Positions 48,985 to 55,348 of a stretch of DNA of 59,817 nucleotides are shown here, piece after piece (the stretch's first letter is position 1; each line of letters opens with the position of its first letter). The translations under genes were made by a program, and so were the position numbers. The stretch lies in IMG/VR virus record IMGVR_UViG_3300012663_000543, positions 1-59,817 of that record. The stretch is one strand, 5' to 3'. The notes beneath the pieces are model-generated. The model did no database searches. It had not been told where the DNA came from and saw only the letters and a program-made list of their open reading frames with translations. The DNA comes from a virus (taxonomy: Duplodnaviria; Caudoviricetes).

Positions 48985-49012
48985 AATATACACAAGTTGG
49001 TGGGGGGTGCAA
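48985..49012 (-). promoter_or_regulatory. sigma70-like promoter for leftward cluster
   Basis: TTGCAC-N16-TATATT with TG upstream of -10. Confidence 0.55.
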
Positions 49013-49154
49013 GAATTATTTTGGGGGTGGGGGCTTGGAGCGCGGGCCTTGGACCTTGGTGCTTGAAGATTGGAGGGGTGATTCGCGGTCCTTGGTTCTC
49101 CCTATATAGGCAAAATCCCATTAACTTTTTTTGTTTTTTTTTTTCGAGATGGTC

Positions 49155-49411
49155 GTGTAAATCGTAAATAGTGTAAATCCAAGGTTTTTTCTCTCGTAAG
49201 TGTATGAAATCGCAAAACAAAGGTCATTTACACTTCCTTTACAAGTGGGTTTTTTAACCCCTGTTATTTACACAGCCTGCCCTAGAGGTGAAAAACTGCT
49301 CGACCAAAAGGTGTTTTCTGACGGAAAAAGTCCTATAGAGGGAACTCGGATTTACACTTTCTGTAAATAATTTACATGCGTTTTACACCCTCGAAAGGGT
49401 GTTTTGTAAAT
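49155..49411. repeat. AT-rich iteron cluster (ATTTACAC/GTGTAAAT), candidate origin
   Basis: About 11 full or partial copies in both orientations next to poly-T tracts. Confidence 0.7.
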
Positions 49412-49534
49412 CGCTGCGATGTCTGATGGTGGTCTTTTTCTTCCCGAACTCCCCATAACTACGTGAAATCGCTGGCCTTGTCAACGCTGTCTCCCTTCTC
49501 TATGGTTGTTCAAACACCACAAGAGAGGTGCTGT

Positions 49535-50191
49535 ATGACCGACGAACCGCCAAAACCCAAGAAAAAGTCGGGGCCCGCCCCTGTCGTGAAGCGGGATAAG
49601 ACTGTTGATCCCAAGCAGTTCCTTATGAATTCCACGGAAAGGGATTTGTTTGATGAGTTTGGCAGAACCCTGACCATCAGGCAGAAGAAGTTTGCCGAAC
49701 TGTACATAGATGGCACGATGTCTGCATCCGAATGCGCGAGACAGGCGGGCTATGCTGTGGCTACGGCGGGCAGCGCCGCCGCAAGCCTTCTTGGCGGCAA
49801 AGAGTTTCCGCACGTACCGAAGTACATCGCCCAGCTTCGCGAGGAGCGCGAACGCATCTACGGCGTGACCCTGACAGGCCAGCTTGAGCGCCTCTATAAA
49901 CTGTCGAGAGGGGCCGAAGAGGCAAAGCAGTTTTCCGCTGCCATCAACGCAGAGAAGATACGCTCCGCGCTTGGCGGTCTGACTGTCGATAGACGCGAGA
50001 GCATCAACACCATCGATCAGATGACGCGAGATCAGATCAGCGCCCGCTTGCTTGAACTTCAACAGAAGTACCCGCAAGCTTTCATTGTCGATGCGGAATA
50101 TGAGGACGTGACCAATGGCGGGACCCGAAGCAAGGGTGTGGGCAAATATGCGCAAATCGCTGCCCCCGAAGACGCACTCGACGAGGATTGA
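49535..50191 (+). CDS. terS: Terminase small subunit
   Basis: LTIRQKKFAELYI...SASECARQAGYA HTH; FSAAINAE. Confidence 0.8.
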   Translation: MTDEPPKPKKKSGPAPVVKRDKTVDPKQFLMNSTERDLFDEFGRTLTIRQKKFAELYIDGTMSASECARQAGYAVATAGSAAASLLGGKEFPHVPKYIAQLREERERIYGVTLTGQLERLYKLSRGAEEAKQFSAAINAEKIRSALGGLTVDRRESINTIDQMTRDQISARLLELQQKYPQAFIVDAEYEDVTNGGTRSKGVGKYAQIAAPEDALDED

Positions 50192-50552
50192 AAATAGGCA
50201 TGGCGGGGGCATTCCCGATGTCCACTTGCTATGGGATGGGGTGGCGATCTGGGTTGAACTTAAGGTGCACAATTCCCGCGCCGTTTTTCTGCGTCCGTCA
50301 CAGGCGGCGTGGCACTCCCGCCAAGCCCACTGCGGGGGCGTCTCATACGTGCTTTGCGGTTGCGCCACCTCCCCCAAGGTCAGAATTTTTAGGGGCTCTG
50401 AGGCGGCTCTGAGGGCCTCTGAGGGCCTACTCTGCGTCCCACCGCTAATCGCCGTCGATAGCATGACCGAAGCTTTGCGACTGCTTCGGCTCGATGCCCT
50501 GCGTCACATGAGTGAGGTTTGCTCTGCGGCCCCGCGCAGCCCTGCGACCTAG
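50115..50552 (+). CDS. PD-(D/E)XK nuclease (VRR-NUC/Holliday junction resolvase-like)
   Basis: RIEN, GIPDV, WVELK, LRPSQAAW. Confidence 0.82.
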   Translation: MAGPEARVWANMRKSLPPKTHSTRIENRHGGGIPDVHLLWDGVAIWVELKVHNSRAVFLRPSQAAWHSRQAHCGGVSYVLCGCATSPKVRIFRGSEAALRASEGLLCVPPLIAVDSMTEALRLLRLDALRHMSEVCSAAPRSPAT

Positions 50553-50650
50553 CGCTAGCCGCCGCCCGATGCAGAAAAGGCCCCTTGCTTTTTAGGGCAA
50601 GGGGCAAGGTGGCCCGCGCTAGGCGATAAGCGCGGGCTGGCAGACTGAAA

Positions 50651-51373
50651 CTAGTGCATGACAATGGCGACTGATTTAGGCGACTTGGTGGCAAGGCCAG
50701 AGCAAAGCTTGCAAGCTTCGCACGTGGTACGCTTTCCCGCTTCCTTGCTAGCAGGGCAAAGCACTTCCTTATCTGGCATGAATTCCGCCAAATCCTTAAG
50801 AATGCGGAAAGTTCTGCGGCCCGCCGCCCAATGGCTTAGCGCTTCGGCGGCGTTGTCAGCGCTTTGCATGACGATATCGGGGCGATATCCCGATGCATGG
50901 CTATAGCCCGTCCAACCTTCGGCTTGGCTCAATAGATCATCCCAAACCTGATCGGGCACGGCGGCGGGGTCTCCATATGTTCCAAGCCTAACCAAGCGCC
51001 CGCGCCCGATATCTGCAGCGCTTGCGGGCTTATAGTGTCCGCGCTTGTACGCTTTCCAAACGATAAGCGGCCCCTGCCCGATGTTAACGTAGCAGGTCCG
51101 GCCCTTGGCAAGCTTGCGGGCGGGATCATCAGTTGCGGCCCCGCGATGCGGGCAAGCCCCGCAGATGGACACGTCAGCGCCCGTCTTGCTTGCGTCACGG
51201 GGGTCAATATCCGCCCGCAGAATATAGGTTTGCATCATTGTGCCCGTCTTGCGGTTTTTGTCGCTATAGGTCGCGATAACGACAATCGGTTGCCCGTCTA
51301 TCAGGCTTGGCCCCTCGTAAAGAATGCCGCTCAAAACAGCTTCGCCCGTCCTGTTACCACGTAGCATTTTCAT
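50651..51373 (-). CDS. Cys-rich, possibly Fe-S/radical-SAM-like early protein
   Basis: NRKTG, ICGACPH...CYV, RLGTYGDP, CPAS...CEACKLC. Confidence 0.65.
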   Translation of the reverse strand: MKMLRGNRTGEAVLSGILYEGPSLIDGQPIVVIATYSDKNRKTGTMMQTYILRADIDPRDASKTGADVSICGACPHRGAATDDPARKLAKGRTCYVNIGQGPLIVWKAYKRGHYKPASAADIGRGRLVRLGTYGDPAAVPDQVWDDLLSQAEGWTGYSHASGYRPDIVMQSADNAAEALSHWAAGRRTFRILKDLAEFMPDKEVLCPASKEAGKRTTCEACKLCSGLATKSPKSVAIVMH

Positions 51374-51486
51374 TTGTCCGCCCTTTTTTGTGAAGCGCCC
51401 AAGGCCCAAGGCCCAAGGGTCGCGGTTTAATGTCTTAGTTTCAACACCTTATCATCTTGTTTAGAATATACAAGCACAAAAGTGCA

Positions 51487-51564
51487 CGGCTCTGCGGCCC
51501 CGCGCCGCTTTTTATTTGTTTTTTGTTTGGGGCCCTGCGGCTCTGCGGCCCCGCGCCGCTTTTT
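51487..51564. repeat. 27-bp direct repeat (2 copies; partial copy at 50521)
   Basis: CGGCTCTGCGGCCCCGCGCCGCTTTTT at 51487 and 51538. Confidence 0.9.
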
Positions 51565-51667
51565 CCTGTCCGAGGCCCGAGGAACGAGGGCCTCGGGCCG
51601 TGATCCTCGTGCGTAAGCAAGAGGATCAGAAAACCAGTCCGAGCTTTGCTCGGTCCGTTTCTATCAG

Positions 51668-51755
51668 ACAGCTTCCGAGCGACTAGCGAGGTCCTTTCCT
51701 TTCTTTCTTTCTTCTTCGTCAAACAGCTTCCGAGCGACTAGCGAGGTCCTTTCCT
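51668..51755. repeat. 33-bp direct repeat (2 copies)
   Basis: ACAGCTTCCGAGCGACTAGCGAGGTCCTTTCCT at 51668 and 51723. Confidence 0.9.
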
Positions 51756-51801
51756 CTGTCAAAGGGAATGGACGGCCCGATTGCTCGGACCGCCCTCTTT
51801 G

Positions 51802-52020
51802 TCAGTAGTTGTCGTCGTAGTTGTCCATCATCATCACGTGCCAGCGGTAGACCCGAGCGTCTGCCCTATCGAGTTGCGCTTGGCTCTCGAGTTGTATGCA
51901 GCGGAAGTCGGGGTAGAGCTTTTTGACGCGAGCCCAAGCTTTGGCCTTGCTGTGGGCCTTGAACTCTCGGACGAAGTCGCTGCCGTCTTCTCCCTTCAGT
52001 GTCGCGTGATACGTTGTCAT
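51802..52020 (-). CDS. Early hypothetical protein
   Basis: SD GGAGG; coupled to upstream gene. Confidence 0.6.
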   Translation of the reverse strand: MTTYHATLKGEDGSDFVREFKAHSKAKAWARVKKLYPDFRCIQLESQAQLDRADARVYRWHVMMMDNYDDNY

Positions 52021-52214
52021 TCTTCGTCCTCCGACAGTTCAAGTCTCGATGATCCGACATGGTTGCCATTGGCGTCGTACAGGGAGCCTGTGCCGCCGCC
52101 GAGGGCAAGCGACCAGATGATGTCCCGTAGGATCTTCTCAAGTTGGATCGCCTCGTTTCCGTCTTGGAAGGAGTCGTTACTGCTGTCGATGTTGATGGTG
52201 AGCTGAACTCGCAT
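52017..52214 (-). CDS. Early hypothetical protein
   Basis: SD GGAG; LYDANGNHVG. Confidence 0.65.
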   Translation of the reverse strand: MRVQLTINIDSSNDSFQDGNEAIQLEKILRDIIWSLALGGGTGSLYDANGNHVGSSRLELSEDEE

Positions 52215-52262
52215 TGTTGTCTCCGTGGGTTGGTGGGGTGACCGAAGCCACCCCGTTTGCTG

Positions 52263-52562
52263 TCAGTTGAGTATCGTGAGGTTGATCGTCAGGCCCTTCT
52301 TACCGTGGGCCTCGATCCATTCGGGAGTTGCTGCGACGAGCCGTCCGTAGGTCAGGATGTCGACGGCGTAGGTGTCTCCCATCTCGAACTCCCCGTAGGT
52401 GTGGGGCGACTTAGCTGCGACCATCCACCGAGCGTATTTATCCTTGGCCTCGTTGGCTGGGGTCTTGTACGTCTTCAGGATGCGCCACTCCCAGCCTTGC
52501 GGTGCTTGGTAGATGGCATACGGCATGTCAGTCTTGCGGGATTTGGCGAAGGGGTTGCTCAT
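52263..52562 (-). CDS. Early conserved hypothetical protein
   Basis: NPFAKSR...WEWRILKTY...YARW...SPHTYG..EMGDTY. Confidence 0.7.
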   Translation of the reverse strand: MSNPFAKSRKTDMPYAIYQAPQGWEWRILKTYKTPANEAKDKYARWMVAAKSPHTYGEFEMGDTYAVDILTYGRLVAATPEWIEAHGKKGLTINLTILN

Positions 52563-52774
52563 TGTGCGGTGTCCTTGATGAAGGTTACGAGGTCATTGAG
52601 TGCGAGTTGATACTGCCCGCGCTTGTACGGCTTGCCAGTTATGGCGGAAGCTTTCTTAAGGATGGCGAGGCCACTGTACTGGCTGTTCTTCATTCCTGCC
52701 GACAGCATCTTAAGGTGAGCCTTGATGAAGATAGCCCCGATCCGATTGTCGGGTCCGTCGATGTACGTTGTCAT
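52559..52774 (-). CDS. Early hypothetical protein
   Basis: SD AGGAG; ITGKPYKRGQY. Confidence 0.65.
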   Translation of the reverse strand: MTTYIDGPDNRIGAIFIKAHLKMLSAGMKNSQYSGLAILKKASAITGKPYKRGQYQLALNDLVTFIKDTAQ

Positions 52775-52824
52775 TGTTGTCTCCTGTGGGTTGGATCGAG
52801 GGCCTTTCAGCCCCCGAAGTTTTA

Positions 52825-53115
52825 TCAGAATAGTATCTCGTCGTCGATGAAGATGTCCACCTTGATACGTGTCAGAGATCGTATCCAGTGGTCGTAGTCC
52901 GAGTGCTTTTCAGCAATCGTGACAGGGCCGACGTGGTGCTCCCAGCATCGAATGAAGAGCGTCGCGTCGCAGTCCTCTTCAAGGTAGAGCTTCTCGCCCC
53001 GCATGAAGCTGAACTGGCTGAAGTCGGAGGTGTCAAGCAGTGCCTGTCGCGCCTCCTGTATCGAGACCTCCAGCCATGCGTGACCGGGGTCGCTGTGCAT
53101 CGTGAATGTTTTCAT
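52825..53115 (-). CDS. Early conserved hypothetical protein
   Basis: DPGHAWLEV...YLEEDCDA. Confidence 0.7.
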   Translation of the reverse strand: MKTFTMHSDPGHAWLEVSIQEARQALLDTSDFSQFSFMRGEKLYLEEDCDATLFIRCWEHHVGPVTIAEKHSDYDHWIRSLTRIKVDIFIDDEILF

Positions 53116-53168
53116 CGTGTGGTTCCTTTGTTGTGGGTGGGGAGACCTGTCGGCCTCCCCGGTTGCAG

Positions 53169-53573
53169 TTAGAGTTGCGACGTGATGGCGTTGCTTGCAA
53201 GCTTCTTCATCATCGCCGTCAGCGGGTTTATGAAGTCCTCGTCCATGCCGAGGTCCTTGGCCCGATCCATGACGCGACCAAGCATCAGCATGAACTCGTC
53301 ATGGTCAAGCTCCGAGCGGGACTTGAGGGCCTTTATGTACTCGCGGGCCTCGATGACCATGTTGTCTATGTCCCCGACGGTCTGCCCACGGAAGTACTTG
53401 TAGGTGTGGAGGCTGTCCTCGCGAACCTTGTACTGGAGGTCCAAGCTTACTGGGCTCCAATCGTTGGTGGAGATCCGCCACGTGACCTCCGGATCGAGCA
53501 GGTCCCGATCCTTGAGCTCCTGCTTGATCTCGACCATCGTGACGTCCAAGTCCCATTTGCTGTAGAGTGTCAT
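53169..53573 (-). CDS. Early hypothetical protein (first gene of leftward leading operon)
   Basis: SD AAGGA; 134 aa. Confidence 0.65.
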   Translation of the reverse strand: MTLYSKWDLDVTMVEIKQELKDRDLLDPEVTWRISTNDWSPVSLDLQYKVREDSLHTYKYFRGQTVGDIDNMVIEAREYIKALKSRSELDHDEFMLMLGRVMDRAKDLGMDEDFINPLTAMMKKLASNAITSQL

Positions 53574-53606
53574 GTCGTTCTTCCTTCTTACTGTTAGGCT
53601 CTTCAG

Positions 53607-54270
53607 TACTGAACAGCCATTCCCGCCTCGCGAGAACGCCCCCAGCGGGACATATTACTTTGAAAAGTCAAGATTTGGCTTTTTGCATGTCTGTTTTTTC
53701 CGATGATCTTGGTTCGCCCGTGATGCGCTCGCGTATCACGGTTAACAGCGAACCAGCACTCAGTAAAAACTGATATGCGGAAAGTTGAATCGACCCCTTC
53801 AGGGGTTGACTTTTTGATGTCGTATTGCCTCCGCGCTTTACGCGGCGGTAATACGACTAAGTAATATGGTACGATGGCTCGGGGCGGAGCAAGGTGGGAT
53901 GGTTGTTTAGTATAAAAACAGGCTTGCCCGCGCTTGCGCGGTTAACAGCAAGCCTTCCTCTTTGCCCGGGAGGGCAAGTCCCCCTGCTGCGCGGCTTGCC
54001 CGCGTCTGGCAGGGGGATACTTTCACCTTATTTTCACCTTATTTTCACTCTGTTTGCGATAGGGATCGTTACCCGAATGGGCCGAGACCTCTTGTCTCGG
54101 CTCGGCCCTCTTGGGGGCCGAGTAGAGCCCGGGCCCCCTTGGGCATCGCCATGCTACGCTAGGGGTAACTTGGACCAAAGTCCCACCGAGACGCTCAATG
54201 CGTCGAAGGGGGGACCCCCCTTTTTGGGGGCCGAGCGCTGCGGGTGCGGTATATTACTGGTTTACCAGAT
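53607..54270 (+). ncRNA. Candidate large structured ncRNA (or ssDNA structural element)
   Basis: Nested helices with many G-U pairs on the + strand only; CUUG and GNRA tetraloops; repeated UUAACA bulge module. Confidence 0.6.
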
Positions 54271-54368
54271 TTAATCGTTCCCAGTTCCATTGGCCGAGGC
54301 CCACCCACCCATCTCCCCAAAACAAAAACAAGAAATCCACAACCCAAAAAATACAGGTACAATTTCGT

Positions 54369-54397
54369 TTGACTTGTTTCATTTCAACAAGTATCAA
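54369..54397 (+). promoter_or_regulatory. sigma70-like promoter
   Basis: TTGACT-N17-TATCAA upstream of gapR-like gene. Confidence 0.6.
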
Positions 54398-54420
54398 GAG
54401 CAAATCAAACGGAGGACCAC

Positions 54421-54705
54421 ATGGCGTTGAAGTACAAGGAAGACCCGGATTTCGCTGACCACAACAAGCGGGCTAACGATACGGCTGCGAGAGAGTTGAA
54501 AGAGATGCTGGAGCGGATAGAGTCTGCACAGGCCGTAAAGGCTGACGCATCTAAGGATGAAACTGACATATATGTTGTGGCAAAGTCTAAGGGCTATAAC
54601 ATAAGGGCGTTGAAGCGTTTGGTCCGCGAGCGGCAGCGCGATGCTGACGAACTGCGGGAAGAGCGCGACGCTTTGGATCTGTACAAACTGCTTATAGGGA
54701 TGTGA
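54421..54705 (+). CDS. gapR: GapR-like (DUF2312) nucleoid-associated protein
   Basis: ELKEMLERIE...DIYVVAKSKGYNIRALKRLVRER...LDLYKLLIGM; SD GGAGG. Confidence 0.82.
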   Translation: MALKYKEDPDFADHNKRANDTAARELKEMLERIESAQAVKADASKDETDIYVVAKSKGYNIRALKRLVRERQRDADELREERDALDLYKLLIGM

Positions 54706-54708
54706 GCT

Positions 54709-55173
54709 ATGACCAAATTCTGCCCAAAGATAATCACCTACGAGGGTATCCAGTTCAAGGGTATCCATTTTGACGACAACGGCGAGTACGACGTCCAGTT
54801 CGAGCTTGACCCCGGCGAGCGGTTGCCGAGATGGCTTGTCAATGCCTTGATGGATGGCGAGTTGTACGCGGTCCCCGAGTTGTACGGGGCCCCCGAGTTG
54901 TACACGGCCCCCGAGTTGTACGCGGCCCCCGAGTCTACGTGCTTGCTCCTTGGCAAGGATGACGACGTTATGAACATCTATCCGGAGGATTGGCTGATGT
55001 ACAGAGAGGACGTCGGGATCTTTATGGTGTCGAACAACGAGCTTCTGGAAGACTTTGACATCGCTTACCCAGACCAAGAGCCACAGGTCATCCCGCAGGA
55101 CGCCGTCGTTTTGGTAACGGGGGTTTCTGCCAAGGGCGAGACCCGGCCCAACGTCGAGGGTGTTCCCGTCTAA
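54709..55173 (+). CDS. Acidic hypothetical protein with 4x ELYxxP repeat
   Basis: Tandem 18-bp repeats 54859..54930. Confidence 0.55.
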   Translation: MTKFCPKIITYEGIQFKGIHFDDNGEYDVQFELDPGERLPRWLVNALMDGELYAVPELYGAPELYTAPELYAAPESTCLLLGKDDDVMNIYPEDWLMYREDVGIFMVSNNELLEDFDIAYPDQEPQVIPQDAVVLVTGVSAKGETRPNVEGVPV

Positions 55174-55196
55174 GATTTCTGTGGTAGTATGTACAT

Positions 55197-55291
55197 ACAC
55201 GAGGCGTCTCCTCCCCGCTGTCGTGTCTGTAGGCCTCTGCCCCAAGGGCATGAGACCGCAAAGGCCTCTCGCATAAAAGCGGGGGGCCTTT
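55197..55291 (+). ncRNA. Candidate sRNA with anti-SD (UCUCCUCCC) loop
   Basis: Extended -10 TGgTAGTAT; hairpin with CTCCTCCC loop; terminal hairpin. Confidence 0.5.
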
Positions 55292-55348
55292 GTCATTGAG
55301 CGCTCCGTCCTTTTGCGTTATCCTGCCGCAAACGATGGAGCTTGTCTT

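Noticed and set aside
51487-51755. CRISPR mini-array
   Set aside because: Two different repeats with only two copies each, short low-complexity spacers, and no cas genes
53607-54270. Group I/II intron, tmRNA or RNase P RNA
   Set aside because: Intergenic with no interrupted gene; no recognisable catalytic-core or tRNA-like consensus by eye; cmscan is needed to exclude these formally
53567-54458. ORFs 53567..53773, 53894..54274, 53962..54162 and 54198..54458 as genes
   Set aside because: No clear SD, non-ATG starts or atypical composition; the sequence is better explained by base pairing
54394-55296. Long antisense ORFs (54394..55296, 49481..50464, 8724..9512, 18314..19162, 29173..29976)
   Set aside because: Shadow frames of well-supported genes on the opposite strand in GC-rich DNA
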